Shown here piece by piece: positions 18,744 to 29,737 of a DNA stretch of 64,000 bases (position 1 is the stretch's first letter; each line of letters begins with the position of its first letter). The translations under genes were made by a program, and so were the position numbers. Source of the DNA: Escherichia phage VEc74. Where the stretch lies: sequence record MT932213.1; one strand, given 5' to 3'. The notes beneath the pieces are model-generated. The model searched no databases, was not told the origin of the DNA, and saw nothing but the letters and a program-made list of their open reading frames with translations.

Positions 18744-20170
18744 TAAAATTTTAATTCATTTGCCAAAGCATCTAACTGAGCTCGAGCTGATTCGTTTCTT
18801 TGATAGCGATTCTGTTCAGCCTGAATCTGTTGTGAACCTGCTACTTCGTTCACTTCAGTTGGAGTAGAATCTTGTTCAATTTCTACCCATTTCTGATTTC
18901 CTTTTTGAACACCCATCAAAAACTTATTCCATTTATTCTTATCACCATATCGTGATTTGATTTGCTTAATGAGCTGTTGTTCAGCAGCTGCTAGCTCCTC
19001 GGTTTCAATGACCGCAAGCATAAAATCAGCTGTTGCTGGAAGACCAGCAGATTCTGCAATATCGCTCATGTTAACATCAGAAGAATCCCAAGCTTGTTTG
19101 CCGACCTGTGCTGCAGTCCAAAGAACAGTTTCGGTTTCAACAGCCAAAGCACGCAATTCCTCTGCAATAGCTTTAACAGTTGTGTAACTATTTTCTGAAT
19201 AAACTCTGATGCGGCAAGATTTACAAATACCTAGATAGTCGACAATAATGATTGTTGGAACAAAATTCTTTTTGAGCTTCAATTCGTTTAAAAGTGATCG
19301 AAATGTATTAGCATCTGCTCCGCCAGTAGGATACTGTTTAACGATTAAACGACCGAGAGTAGATTTCTCACGCCATTTTTCCATTTTTCCTTTATACTCA
19401 GCGTAAGAAATATGCCCATCATCAATGTCATCAAGAGAAACATCAAGCATATTAGCATCAATACGTTTAGCACAGACTTCTTCTGCCATTTCCATGGAAA
19501 TGTAAAGAACATTATGTCCGAGCTGCAAATAATCTGCTGCCAATGAACACAATCCTAATGACTTACCAACGTTAACGCCAGCCATTAAAACGTTCAGTGT
19601 TCCAGTCTCAGCTCCGCCTTTAGTAATTTTGTTTAGAATTCTGAGTTTAAATGGAACCTTACGAGCTTTATTCATATAAGATAGCCAACGTGCTTCGTAG
19701 TCATCCATCCAATCATGACCAACGTAGCTATCAAATGAAATAGATAATGCTTGGCGCATGATGTCAGGAATAGCACCAACGTCCGGCATTTTCTTATTTC
19801 GTTTTTCCGGAGGAAGCTCAGCATTAGTTTGAATTTCGATTATTTTAGACGTAGCATTAAACATCGCCCTTTGCTGAACATATTTTTCTGTTTCTTTTAT
19901 TAACCAACTGTGGTCTTCTGGAGAATCAGCTAGTTTTGAAATAAGTGTTTTTACACCAGAATATTCTGTTTCAGTAAATGAACTATTTTCTAATGCAACA
20001 TTTAACGCATTAATAGATGGAACGCTATGATACTCATTGACATGAGATTTAATTAATTTGAATGTATTTTTAGCTGGACCACTTTCAAAATATTCTGAAT
20101 CCATATATGGCCAAACTTTTGAAAAATAAGCTTGATCAAATATGAGATGAGAAAGAATAATTTCTACCAC
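18743..20170 (-). CDS. 41: replicative DNA helicase gp41 (DnaB-like)
   Basis: 475-aa ORF with Walker A GVNVGKS and DnaB-family motifs. Confidence 0.9.
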   Translation of the reverse strand: MVEIILSHLIFDQAYFSKVWPYMDSEYFESGPAKNTFKLIKSHVNEYHSVPSINALNVALENSSFTETEYSGVKTLISKLADSPEDHSWLIKETEKYVQQRAMFNATSKIIEIQTNAELPPEKRNKKMPDVGAIPDIMRQALSISFDSYVGHDWMDDYEARWLSYMNKARKVPFKLRILNKITKGGAETGTLNVLMAGVNVGKSLGLCSLAADYLQLGHNVLYISMEMAEEVCAKRIDANMLDVSLDDIDDGHISYAEYKGKMEKWREKSTLGRLIVKQYPTGGADANTFRSLLNELKLKKNFVPTIIIVDYLGICKSCRIRVYSENSYTTVKAIAEELRALAVETETVLWTAAQVGKQAWDSSDVNMSDIAESAGLPATADFMLAVIETEELAAAEQQLIKQIKSRYGDKNKWNKFLMGVQKGNQKWVEIEQDSTPTEVNEVAGSQQIQAEQNRYQRNESARAQLDALANELKF

Positions 20171-20179
20171 ACTTACTCC

Positions 20180-20524
20180 TTAAAAGAATTTAAATTTTTT
20201 CTTTGACCTTTTATTAAATGCATCTTGTAGTTGCATTGTAATACATTTTTCTACATGAGGAGCTAACTCAGCTTTTCTTTCTTGGTCAAGAACAGCAAAG
20301 TCCATTACAACCTTTCCATCAACCCAATCCAGTTTAGTTACATACACTATATGTGTAGAACCATCTTCTAGTTTAATGACAATCTCCTGGATAACATTTT
20401 CCATAGCGGATTTAATTATCTTAAGAGACTCATTAAAAAGACGTTCTTTTCTTTCTTCTTCCCCCTCCGAAGAGGGGGATTCATCGATAATTTCTAGATC
20501 TAAATCTAAATCATCTTTATTCAT
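20180..20524 (-). CDS. 40: gp40 (head vertex assembly chaperone)
   Basis: ORF of about 114 aa between uvsX and gene 41; start placed at the ATG overlapping the uvsX stop. Confidence 0.5.
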   Translation of the reverse strand: MNKDDLDLDLEIIDESPSSEGEEERKERLFNESLKIIKSAMENVIQEIVIKLEDGSTHIVYVTKLDWVDGKVVMDFAVLDQERKAELAPHVEKCITMQLQDAFNKRSKKKFKFF

Positions 20525-21698
20525 TAAATTCTTCCATATCACTTAACTGTTCGAGGTCAGTTTCTAAATCAGCTGCTGATTTACTTTTACTTTCTGGAGA
20601 TTTAAATTTTTCAACCTTTGAGTTAATCAATTCATCAACTTCAGCTTCAACAATTTCATTACTATCAATAGCACCTAACTGATAAGCACGTTTAATAGCA
20701 TCTCGGAATGGTTGATGCTTAAATAAAGGCCCCCAGAATGTAGTGCAGTTAGTATCTTTTGCACGCCAAGATTTTTCTTCGCGAATCATCTCGCCGGTTT
20801 CTTCATCAAGAAATTCACGAGCATACCAACCATTCTTAGGTTTTACTACAAATCCTAATTCTAGAGCCATATCTAACAATCCAGAATAAGGATCGATACC
20901 ACCGTCAAATTTAACATCAATAAAGAATTTACTTTTTTCTTTAACTGTACGAGATTTTTCTACATTTAGAACAAATTGATACCCCTGAAGATCAGAACCA
21001 TCTTTAATTTGACGCTTACCGATAATGAATACGGTATCAGCCGAATACATTACGCCTGTACCACCTGTCATCACGGTTTTACTGAACATTTCAATGGTTT
21101 CAATTGTATGGTTAACCGCGACGCACGGAATATTTTTAATGCTAAAATAAGGAGTAACAATACGGAATAATGACTTCAGTGATTTAGCACGAGTCATATC
21201 TGCCACAGATTTTTCATTCAAGGCATCTTCCGTTTCTTTCTTAGAAGCCATATTACCGATTGAGTCGATGAATACAATAACTTTTTCACCGCGCTCAATA
21301 GCTTCAAGCTGATTCACCATATCAATTTTCAGTTGTTCAACTGACTGGATTGGCGTATGAATTACTCGTTCCGGGTCAACTCCCATAGATCGCAAATAAG
21401 CTGGAGTGATACCAAATTCGCTATCATAGAATAGACAAACCGCGTCAGGATATTTGTTCAAATACGCCGCAACCATAGTCAAAGACATATTTGATTTAAA
21501 GTGTTTAGAAGGACCTGCAAAAATGGTTAAACCAGACTGCATACCGCCATCAATCGCACCGGAAATAGCGATATTAAGCATTGGAATTTTAGTACGAATT
21601 ACATCCTTTTCATTAAAGAATTTAGATGTAGTCAGTTCAGCAGTCATTTTAGAAGTGGAAGCTTTAATCAAACGGGATTTTAAATCTGCAATAGACAT
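20517..21698 (-). CDS. uvsX: UvsX recombinase (RecA-like)
   Basis: 393-aa ORF, clearly T4-UvsX-like over the N-terminal region but not identical. Confidence 0.9.
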   Translation of the reverse strand: MSIADLKSRLIKASTSKMTAELTTSKFFNEKDVIRTKIPMLNIAISGAIDGGMQSGLTIFAGPSKHFKSNMSLTMVAAYLNKYPDAVCLFYDSEFGITPAYLRSMGVDPERVIHTPIQSVEQLKIDMVNQLEAIERGEKVIVFIDSIGNMASKKETEDALNEKSVADMTRAKSLKSLFRIVTPYFSIKNIPCVAVNHTIETIEMFSKTVMTGGTGVMYSADTVFIIGKRQIKDGSDLQGYQFVLNVEKSRTVKEKSKFFIDVKFDGGIDPYSGLLDMALELGFVVKPKNGWYAREFLDEETGEMIREEKSWRAKDTNCTTFWGPLFKHQPFRDAIKRAYQLGAIDSNEIVEAEVDELINSKVEKFKSPESKSKSAADLETDLEQLSDMEEFNE

Positions 21699-21775
21699 TC
21701 ATTTTTTCCATAGGCATCATTATATTTTCCTCACTGGTTAAAGATAGAGTAATTATAACACAATAAATTTAGGCA

Positions 21776-22624
21776 TTAATCAACTGCTATTGGATGAATA
21801 GCATTAAACTTATGAAATGCTTCTGATTTTTCTTTACGCGAAACACACATGCGAAGAACCTTTAATGGCTCGTCTTCTTCACCCAACGATTTTCGTTTTT
21901 CAATATTCGATGTTTTCCAACGAGCTTGCTCTGGAAACTCTCTATTGATTTGCTCAAGCGCTCTATTATGTTTAGAATTACTACGAATTGAACTGCACCC
22001 ACCAGGAGCTTGTGCTTTTCCAGATACAACCAGATATTTGAACAAGGCCAAATGCGGATAACCTTGATTAATTAAATTGAGAAATGCATACATATCTTCA
22101 CATAAATCAATTTTTCCATACCCAATTTGTTCTGTCGTAAGTTTTCCGAGGTCATACCATGTATTCGTGAATCCATATGAATTTTCACGATAATTACCCC
22201 AAGATGAAGTAATTTTAAAAATAGGTAGACGAGCATGGCCATGATAATACCCACAATCCATGGCATCTTCAACGTATTGAATCAATTCATAGAACTGTTC
22301 ACGAGTTAATTGATTGACTTTATCTACGCAACGCCGATCATCTCTTTTTCGCATTGAACTCATACGAATAGTAGTATCATCGTCAATCATCCAAATTCGT
22401 TGACCTGCATACATATCAGTAATTGCTTTACGAGTTCCAGCAATTCCGTTTACATCATCAGGAATAGTTATAATTTTAGCTCTAGACCCATAGGCATCAT
22501 AATAAGCTTTTTCTTCATGTTCACGCACTACAATATGCGGTTCATAATCAGTCGGAAACATATCAAGGGCAGAAACTGCCCCGACACGCTGATAACTTGG
22601 AATTACGAATTGAATCATTTCCAC
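21776..22624 (-). CDS. putative DNA (hydroxymethylcytosine) glycosyltransferase at the beta-gt locus
   Basis: 282-aa ORF with a DDD (DxD-like) motif, between uvsX and gene 42 where T4 encodes beta-gt. Confidence 0.4.
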   Translation of the reverse strand: MEMIQFVIPSYQRVGAVSALDMFPTDYEPHIVVREHEEKAYYDAYGSRAKIITIPDDVNGIAGTRKAITDMYAGQRIWMIDDDTTIRMSSMRKRDDRRCVDKVNQLTREQFYELIQYVEDAMDCGYYHGHARLPIFKITSSWGNYRENSYGFTNTWYDLGKLTTEQIGYGKIDLCEDMYAFLNLINQGYPHLALFKYLVVSGKAQAPGGCSSIRSNSKHNRALEQINREFPEQARWKTSNIEKRKSLGEEDEPLKVLRMCVSRKEKSEAFHKFNAIHPIAVD

Positions 22625-23355
22625 TCACCTTTATAGTCTTTTTTCACAATATGAGTTTCGCCAGTATTCCACCAATGATCAACCAAGTAAAAATGACGAG
22701 AATATACATGAAGACTTCCAACATTCCATATAATAGAACCTGCTTTATACTGACGAGTTGAATCGCCTGCATTCAAATCAGATACTAATTTATCTAATAC
22801 GTATTTTTGCCATGCATAATCATTACGGAATCCGAAGACCACGTCATTTGAGCGCATGCTTACTACTGCATTGACTTTCTTATCACGAATCAGGTATTGT
22901 ACTGTATTAGTACACATGAAATCTGACATACCATCTTTATTGTAGTCAAATTGCATGGATGGACGAGTATAAATCATGATACCACGTCGAGAATCAGGAT
23001 TTTGACCAAGTTCAGCTAAACACATATCATACTGAGCATAGTTATCTTCTGACCAGATAGCCCAACCATAATTCGAGTTAATTTCACCTTTAGAAGATGC
23101 TACTTGTTGCCAAATCTTCGGTGTTTCACCCGGAATATCTTTAACGAACAAGCTTTTAGATTTATACCATTCAAGTTCACGCTGAATGTATTCATCATTA
23201 AGAGCGCCAAAAATAAACGGTTCATCTGCTACAAATGATGCGCCAATAATTTCAATAGTTTTAACGCCGGTTTTATCAACTACGAAATCTTTTTCCTTTA
23301 ATGCAAGTCCCAAATGAAGACGGATTTCTTCAACTGTCATAGAGTCACTAATCAT
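22615..23355 (-). CDS. 42: dCMP hydroxymethylase gp42
   Basis: 246-aa thymidylate-synthase-fold ORF; T4 gp42 is 246 aa. Confidence 0.9.
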   Translation of the reverse strand: MISDSMTVEEIRLHLGLALKEKDFVVDKTGVKTIEIIGASFVADEPFIFGALNDEYIQRELEWYKSKSLFVKDIPGETPKIWQQVASSKGEINSNYGWAIWSEDNYAQYDMCLAELGQNPDSRRGIMIYTRPSMQFDYNKDGMSDFMCTNTVQYLIRDKKVNAVVSMRSNDVVFGFRNDYAWQKYVLDKLVSDLNAGDSTRQYKAGSIIWNVGSLHVYSRHFYLVDHWWNTGETHIVKKDYKGEWK

Positions 23356-23362
23356 TTAAACC

Positions 23363-23512
23363 TCAATTGATACATTCATATTTAACTTGTAACAGTAATA
23401 AGCTCCAACCTAAAATAATAGTTGGAATCATAAGAGGAACCGTTACACTATAGTATATACTTATTATAATCATCAAGATTAAAAGCAACACTGCTATAAT
23501 TTTGCTTTTCAT
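23363..23512 (-). CDS. small membrane peptide
   Basis: 49-aa hydrophobic ORF with ATGA overlap to the imm stop; hand-translated. Confidence 0.35.
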   Translation of the reverse strand: MKSKIIAVLLLILMIIISIYYSVTVPLMIPTIILGWSLLLLQVKYECIN

Positions 23513-23760
23513 TCCTTCTCTCTGATGATAATTACTTGATTTGGCTGTGCAGACTTTTTGGTTTCACCCGCAATTGACCAAATAAATGTAATAAACCAAC
23601 CAATAATTGACCAGTTAAACAGTAAAGACGTGAAAAAGATTCCTACTGTCGATTTTGACCCACGCATCAAGGCGATGAACCATGGAAGCATGTATATAAT
23701 AATAGCCAACACGCCTGAAACTAAAACCATAAAAATCGAACCTGCTACTAAAGTTTCCAT
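23509..23760 (-). CDS. imm: immunity (superinfection exclusion) membrane protein Imm
   Basis: 83-aa two-TM ORF between gene 43 and gene 42. Confidence 0.8.
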   Translation of the reverse strand: METLVAGSIFMVLVSGVLAIIIYMLPWFIALMRGSKSTVGIFFTSLLFNWSIIGWFITFIWSIAGETKKSAQPNQVIIIREKE

Positions 23761-23767
23761 CTTTTCC

Positions 23768-24148
23768 TCACTTAGTCAAATTTTTTACGCATGAATTATA
23801 AGAATTCACTACATACTCCATCGGAGCATTTTTACCAGTACGCCATTGGTAATTATTAGCCCAATTAGCCCAAATTTCGGCGCAGTAGTTTTCAATTTTT
23901 TCTTCGCGTGTAATTACATCCGAATTACGATATGCTTGAGCAGATTCATCTGGACGAATAGCTTCGTCAAAATTCGCCTGCATTTGTTCTACTGTTTGCT
24001 TTGGAGCTTCTTTATAACACTTGACATTAGGATTATAAAATTTGCTTGAACAGTTTACAATTTTTCCTACATCAGACTGATTTACTACCGGTCCTTGAGC
24101 TACACAACCAGTAAGACCTAATGCAATAACCAAAATAGCGATTTTCAT
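23768..24148 (-). CDS. predicted lipoprotein
   Basis: signal peptide with lipobox (LTGC); start taken at the ATG, the tracked start is a TTG. Confidence 0.5.
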   Translation of the reverse strand: MKIAILVIALGLTGCVAQGPVVNQSDVGKIVNCSSKFYNPNVKCYKEAPKQTVEQMQANFDEAIRPDESAQAYRNSDVITREEKIENYCAEIWANWANNYQWRTGKNAPMEYVVNSYNSCVKNLTK

Positions 24149-24182
24149 TTCATTCTCCAAATCCGTATCAGTTGATAGTTGT

Positions 24183-24212
24183 ATAGTACCATGGAAGAAC
24201 AGTCTTGTAAAC
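24183..24212 (-). promoter_or_regulatory. T4-type early promoter (part of a PeSL-like unit)
   Basis: GTTTAC, 17 bp, TGGTACTAT, plus an A/T-rich upstream element. Confidence 0.55.
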
Positions 24213-24295
24213 AGTTTTGTGAAAAATTTTTTAGGGAATTCTAAAGGTCCAGAATCATCTGTTTTTCATAAGTATAGATTTATATTACTTGTATG

Positions 24296-24320
24296 AAAAA
24301 GGGACCCGGAGGTCCCTAGA
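24296..24320 (-). terminator. rho-independent terminator after gene 43
   Basis: GGGACC-UCCG-GGUCCC hairpin followed by UUUUU. Confidence 0.6.
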
Positions 24321-24329
24321 TTTATTCTA

Positions 24330-27026
24330 TCAGCCAAACAGGAAGTCTAACGAAGCTTTTTCTTCATAGTCCATACCAGCCGATTCACACATGCCCGCAA
24401 GCGGTTTAACAAACGATTTTTGGAACAAAGTTGAGTAGTCAATCCAAGATAGTACATCAGAACGAATTTCTTTTGGAAGTTCTGTGCCCGACGGCCAAGC
24501 AATGCACTTGTCACCAAATGGATTTCCTTCACGTAATGGAAGAACCATTACTTTATTTCCATCCAAAATTGGAGCTACACCCAGACCGCTAACAGCTCGA
24601 CGATAAGTTAGCACACCACGAATATGGAACGGACATTTAAATCCTGGCCAACCTTTATCATCATATTTCGCTATATCGTTCGCAGTTTTTACTTCAGCAA
24701 TAACTTTATAGTCGAGTTGACGATATTCTTTCTCGAAGTTCTTGTAATATTCTTGGACAGACTCTTCACCTTCTTGAAGAATACGCCGAATACTTTCTTC
24801 GAGAGCTTCTTGCACTGCTTTTGGTGTTGAACTCTGTTGAGTTTCCATACCCATGATTTTTAGATGCGGTTCAGCAAATCGCTTATCTTCCATATCATAA
24901 ACGTTCAGAGCATAACGTTTTTTCGCTTTCCAAAATCCACCAACGCCCTTTGAACCAAGTGGAGGACAAGAAATAGCTTCACGGTCCATATGCATCAGAT
25001 GCTCGCGGTTATTCATATAATCACATAACTCGCGATATGCAACATCAATCATAGGTTCCATCTTTTTCTTACCGAACTGATTCATGAATTCAACCAAATC
25101 GTTCTGCTCTTTGAATCGGTCAAGACCAACTTTTTCAATAACTTTATCTACACAAACATATACCGAATCAGTATCACCTGCTGCGATGAAATCTTCACCA
25201 TTAGTTCCGCATACTTTATTCAGATATTCATTAATTTTACGAGCAATCCACTGAATACCAACTTGACCGAAAATTGTGATAGCAGTAGCATTTCGCAAAT
25301 CATAATAACGGAAATGAATATTACCAAGAGCACCATAAAGACTGTTAATAAGAATTTTACGGTTCAGCTGATTTGTATTAGCAAGTGTAGCTGCTTTTTC
25401 ACATTCCTCAATCAGACTATTGAGAACAGATTCAGTATAATTCGATAGTTCATTTAAGAAATCATCACTGAACTTAACATATCGTTCAACTTCTGGTTTA
25501 GTTGAACAGGACCCTGCGCCTTTCATAATAATCTTTTTAATAGCTTCGGCATTCATTTCTTCAGCGAACATTTTCTTTTTCCAATCTTTACGCTGGAAAA
25601 ATACTTTAGCGATTTCCTTTGGAATGATACCTTCTTGATGCTTATCATACATCCATCCATTCGGAGAACAAGAATATTCATCACTCGGTTTAGGAGCTGT
25701 TCCTGCGATATATTCATGAATTGGATGAACTTTAAACTGCCCACGAATAGTCTCAGGACTAATGTTAACCTGACGAATAATGCTCGGATACAGAGACGTC
25801 AAGTCAAAACTCATAATATATCGACGAGCAATTGGTTTAGGTTCAAATACAAATGCACCCGGAAAACTTTGTTTAACGTGCGAACCTTGCTGAGGAATAA
25901 CCTTATGTTCACCTTTCAATGAGTTAAAAATAATAGCATCCCAAGTTTTAATAGGACTCATTACACCAGAAAAAGGCATTTTAGCATAATAAGACATACT
26001 TAAAACTAGATCGATAAACCCACGAATTTTATCAATTGCTTGAACTGATTCTACGTCAATGATGTTATAACTAATGTATCGTTGATGATTAGTCTCACGA
26101 AGTTTATTAATAGGACCGTCGTATGGTAATTTACCCTTTTTGGTTTCATGTTGAGCAACTGATTCCAAAGAGAATGACGGCAAATTAGTAAAAGCGAATT
26201 TCTTGTACAAATCTAAATAATCAAGAATAGATACGCCATCAATAGAATAAATTTCTTTGCTACCGTACATATTTTGAATTAGTTTAGATTTTACCCGACC
26301 GATTGGAGAGAAGCGTTTCATACTACGTTCACCGAGAACCATTTTAACGCGATTCATGATATACGGAACGTCAAATCCCTCAATATTCCAACCAGTAAAA
26401 ATAGCAGGTCGTTTCTGTTCCCAGAGATTGATATATTCCATGAGCATATCACGCTCATTATCGAATGGCATATAAATTACTCGGTCAAGAATTTCTTGAG
26501 GAACTTCATCACCACCTTCACAGTCAAGCTTAGCAGCTAACTTTGCATCCCATTTTGATACTGAACCATACATTGAATTCAAAAGGTCGAAAACATAAAA
26601 ACGATCATCAATTGAATCATAATGAGTGATAGCATCAATTTCATATTCAGCTTTCATTGGGTCAGGAAATTTATCACCAGTAACCTCAATGTCACAATTA
26701 GCTACACGAACAAATTTTCGGTCATAAACAATTTCTGAACCGTATGTATCACTGATATAAGCGAGTTTAAAATCGTTCATACCGAGAGCTTCGAGACCGA
26801 TGTCTTCCATTCGTTTCATCCAATCTCGAGCATCTTTCATTGATGGAAATTTTTGAGGAGCACAGTTTTTACCATAGATGTCTTTATATTTTGACTCTTC
26901 CTTACAATGCCTAAACATAGTTGGAAGATATTCTACTTCACGAGTACGTTCCTTTCCGTTTTCATCAATATAACGTTCAACAATGTTATTTCCGACTGTT
27001 TCGATAGAGATATAAAATTCTTTCAT
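24330..27026 (-). CDS. 43: DNA polymerase gp43 (family B)
   Basis: 898-aa ORF with exonuclease and polymerase motifs; identical length to T4 gp43. Confidence 0.95.
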   Translation of the reverse strand: MKEFYISIETVGNNIVERYIDENGKERTREVEYLPTMFRHCKEESKYKDIYGKNCAPQKFPSMKDARDWMKRMEDIGLEALGMNDFKLAYISDTYGSEIVYDRKFVRVANCDIEVTGDKFPDPMKAEYEIDAITHYDSIDDRFYVFDLLNSMYGSVSKWDAKLAAKLDCEGGDEVPQEILDRVIYMPFDNERDMLMEYINLWEQKRPAIFTGWNIEGFDVPYIMNRVKMVLGERSMKRFSPIGRVKSKLIQNMYGSKEIYSIDGVSILDYLDLYKKFAFTNLPSFSLESVAQHETKKGKLPYDGPINKLRETNHQRYISYNIIDVESVQAIDKIRGFIDLVLSMSYYAKMPFSGVMSPIKTWDAIIFNSLKGEHKVIPQQGSHVKQSFPGAFVFEPKPIARRYIMSFDLTSLYPSIIRQVNISPETIRGQFKVHPIHEYIAGTAPKPSDEYSCSPNGWMYDKHQEGIIPKEIAKVFFQRKDWKKKMFAEEMNAEAIKKIIMKGAGSCSTKPEVERYVKFSDDFLNELSNYTESVLNSLIEECEKAATLANTNQLNRKILINSLYGALGNIHFRYYDLRNATAITIFGQVGIQWIARKINEYLNKVCGTNGEDFIAAGDTDSVYVCVDKVIEKVGLDRFKEQNDLVEFMNQFGKKKMEPMIDVAYRELCDYMNNREHLMHMDREAISCPPLGSKGVGGFWKAKKRYALNVYDMEDKRFAEPHLKIMGMETQQSSTPKAVQEALEESIRRILQEGEESVQEYYKNFEKEYRQLDYKVIAEVKTANDIAKYDDKGWPGFKCPFHIRGVLTYRRAVSGLGVAPILDGNKVMVLPLREGNPFGDKCIAWPSGTELPKEIRSDVLSWIDYSTLFQKSFVKPLAGMCESAGMDYEEKASLDFLFG

Positions 27027-27084
27027 AGATATTCCTTAGTTTATAGCCCGAGTTATTAGGCTCTTGATATATTATACTCCAATT

Positions 27085-27102
27085 AAGGGGCCGAAGCCCC
27101 TT
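27085..27102 (-). terminator. GC hairpin (GGGGC-UUCG-GCCCC) between regA and gene 43
   Basis: inverted repeat directly 3' of the regA stop; weak U-tract. Confidence 0.45.
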
Positions 27103-27104
27103 GC

Positions 27105-27473
27105 TTAATTACCAATCGTATATTTAGGAACGAGTTTCCATTCATGTTTTTGTTTAAAAGAAATAACTCGGAAGTTATTAGTTAAATCTTTCATAAAAGT
27201 TCTTTGACCAGGAACGATTTCAATCAGTCCCCAATCTTCTAATAGCCATGCAATCGAATCACGACGAACTTCATCTTCTTCTGTCATTTCAACTTGGCGA
27301 CCATCCATACGAAGCATTTCTTTAAAATGAACGATATAGTATAGTCCTTTTTTCTGAAGAATATGACAGGACTGATACAGAACTTTATCTTTATTATTAG
27401 CAATTCCCATACGAGTCAAAGTTTCTTTTACTTTCAGAAAATCTTCAGGTTTTTTAAGAGTAATTTCAATCAT
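27105..27473 (-). CDS. regA: translational repressor RegA
   Basis: 122-aa ORF between gene 62 and gene 43. Confidence 0.8.
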   Translation of the reverse strand: MIEITLKKPEDFLKVKETLTRMGIANNKDKVLYQSCHILQKKGLYYIVHFKEMLRMDGRQVEMTEEDEVRRDSIAWLLEDWGLIEIVPGQRTFMKDLTNNFRVISFKQKHEWKLVPKYTIGN

Positions 27474-27474
27474 T

Positions 27475-28038
27475 TTACCATTCCAATGCTAGTTTTTTGA
27501 GTTGTTTCTGTTCTTTTACGTTCTTAGTCACTTCTTTCAAAAAATCATCCGTGACTAAACCTTTTAGTTCTTTTAATACTAAAGGTAGTTTTCCGTTTTT
27601 AGTAAGAATTGATTTATAGTTAATTGCATCATTTGTATTAACTTGATACCGCTTAGCAAGTAACTTAATAATCAATACTTCGGTGGAATCTTCAACCAGT
27701 TTTGCCCATTTACCATATCTTTTACCACGAGGAACTGCAGCCATCAGATAATTAAAATGAGCTTCATCACTTAATCCAGAACCGATTAAATTCATAGCAT
27801 ATACAGCTGGCATGCACTCTGGAAATTGTGATAATGCATTTTCGACCATGAATTTTGAATAATCTTTTTGAGCAATAGAGCATTTAGTTTTATTATTAAT
27901 AGCTCCAATTATTTCAAAAAATTCATTTTCAGCTTTTTCCTTAAAAGAATCAGCAGCAGATTGGACAGCTGTCCAATCTTTTGAATACCAAGCAACTTGA
28001 TGCTCGTTTAATTGAATATCATCTTCAAATAAGCTCAT
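27475..28038 (-). CDS. 62: clamp loader small subunit gp62
   Basis: 187-aa ORF adjacent to gene 44. Confidence 0.8.
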   Translation of the reverse strand: MSLFEDDIQLNEHQVAWYSKDWTAVQSAADSFKEKAENEFFEIIGAINNKTKCSIAQKDYSKFMVENALSQFPECMPAVYAMNLIGSGLSDEAHFNYLMAAVPRGKRYGKWAKLVEDSTEVLIIKLLAKRYQVNTNDAINYKSILTKNGKLPLVLKELKGLVTDDFLKEVTKNVKEQKQLKKLALEW

Positions 28039-28039
28039 A

Positions 28040-29014
28040 TCACTTCCACTGCATTTCGCATGCCAATTGAATGAAAAGATATGCTAAATGTAACTCAGTA
28101 TTAGCCGCAATTCCATGATACTGGTTATTTTCACCAACAATTTCATACATACGAATAATACTTTGCGGAGTTACACGTGAATAAATTTCTTCGGCAAGTT
28201 TACCTACGAACCACGAATAATCAGCTGCATATTTTGGCGCTAAAGCTCTGAGCTGTTTAACATCTTTATTTTTGAGAGATTCAAGAACATCATCAATAGC
28301 ACCACGATCGTTAGTAACCAGTGATAAAATACCAGCATCCAAAACACCTTTAGATGAATAACTATCGAGCTCACCAATAGTTTTACGAAAATCAGGAAAA
28401 TTCTTTTTAACCAAAGCTGCTACAACTTTCATATCAGCTATAGCAATTCCTTCGCGCTTACAGATTTCAGTCAATCGCCGAATCATCTGCTTCATCATTT
28501 CAATTTTATCTTCATCGGTCGGTTGACCGAACGTAATAACTCGGCAGCGTGACTGAAGCGGTTTAATAATACCATCAATATTGTTAGCAGTAATAATAAT
28601 ACTACAGTTTGAACTATAAGCTTCCATAAAGGAACGAAGATGTCGCTGAGACTCTGCTAACCCTGAACGGTCAAATTCATCAATAACAATTACTTTTTGA
28701 CGACCATCAAATGAAGCTGCACTAGCAAAATTAGTCAAAGGACCACGAACGAAATCAATTTTACAATCTGACCCATTCACAAACATCATATCAGCATTTA
28801 CGTCATGACACAATGCTTTTGCTACAGTTGTTTTACCTGTTCCTGGAGAAGGAGAATGAAGAATAATATGTGGAATCTTACCTTTACTTGTAATAGATTT
28901 AAAGGTTTCTTTATCAAAGGCGGGAAGAATACATTCATCGATAGTAGATGGACGATATTTCTGTTCAAGAATGTGTTCTTTTTCATTTACAGTAATCATA
29001 ATTTCCTCATTCAA
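28040..29014 (-). CDS. 44: clamp loader ATPase gp44 (RFC-like AAA+)
   Basis: 324-aa ORF with Walker A SPGTGKTT and Walker B VIVIDEFD. Confidence 0.9.
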   Translation of the reverse strand: MNEEIMITVNEKEHILEQKYRPSTIDECILPAFDKETFKSITSKGKIPHIILHSPSPGTGKTTVAKALCHDVNADMMFVNGSDCKIDFVRGPLTNFASAASFDGRQKVIVIDEFDRSGLAESQRHLRSFMEAYSSNCSIIITANNIDGIIKPLQSRCRVITFGQPTDEDKIEMMKQMIRRLTEICKREGIAIADMKVVAALVKKNFPDFRKTIGELDSYSSKGVLDAGILSLVTNDRGAIDDVLESLKNKDVKQLRALAPKYAADYSWFVGKLAEEIYSRVTPQSIIRMYEIVGENNQYHGIAANTELHLAYLFIQLACEMQWK

Positions 29015-29030
29015 GTTTTAGTGTAAATTA

Positions 29031-29050
29031 TAAAGGGCCGAAGCCCTCTA
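29031..29050 (-). terminator. GC hairpin (GGGC-UUCG-GCCC) after gene 45
   Basis: inverted repeat followed by UUUAUAAUUU. Confidence 0.45.
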
Positions 29051-29737
29051 TTAAAAATCGTGGGTAGAATCAGCTTCAAGAGCTACTACATAATTCGCAT
29101 GTTCACCTTCAAATTTAGCAGCACCTTGTTTACCTTTTGCCCAGAGCAGAAGTTTATAATTTCCTGGTTGCATTTTCATATTTGCCATATTGATAATGAA
29201 ATTAAATGTATTTTCACCATCATAATCACCAAGAGTCAAAGAATATTTAACACGAGTCAAAGCAGAATCTTCTACTTTATTAAAACCGTTAATTACGATT
29301 TTACCTTCTTTTACTGTGATAGCAATTGTATCAATCTGCAGACCACGAGATACACGCAACAGCTGTTGAAGGTCTTCAGCTTTAATTTCAGTAACAACAG
29401 ATGCTACCGGGAATGGAATTGGTTTATTAGGAGCAACTACTGTACTCGGATCGGCTGCTGGCCAAAAAATTGTTGAGCGGGCATCAGCAATTTTAATATT
29501 TCCATCTTCTGACTGGGAAATTTCTGCATCATCATTAACTAGAGACAGAATACCGAGAAAACCGTTCAAATCGTAAATTGCTACATCAAAATCAATAACG
29601 TCAGAAATATTTGCTTCCGCATAAGTTGTACCATTAACTGCACGAGTCATAATAAATTGACCAGATTTAAGCATAATACCGGAGTTAATAGTAGCGAAAT
29701 TTTTAAGCAGAGCAGTAGTATCTTTAGACAGTTTCAT
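29051..29737 (-). CDS. 45: sliding clamp gp45
   Basis: 228-aa ORF; length and position match T4 gp45. Confidence 0.85.
   Translation of the reverse strand: MKLSKDTTALLKNFATINSGIMLKSGQFIMTRAVNGTTYAEANISDVIDFDVAIYDLNGFLGILSLVNDDAEISQSEDGNIKIADARSTIFWPAADPSTVVAPNKPIPFPVASVVTEIKAEDLQQLLRVSRGLQIDTIAITVKEGKIVINGFNKVEDSALTRVKYSLTLGDYDGENTFNFIINMANMKMQPGNYKLLLWAKGKQGAAKFEGEHANYVVALEADSTHDF

Noticed and set aside
27027-27104. Possible gp43 translational operator hairpin
   Set aside because: The only hairpin in the regA-43 interval is about 60 nt upstream of the gene 43 RBS and looks like the regA terminator; no short operator stem-loop adjacent to the Shine-Dalgarno sequence could be identified by eye.
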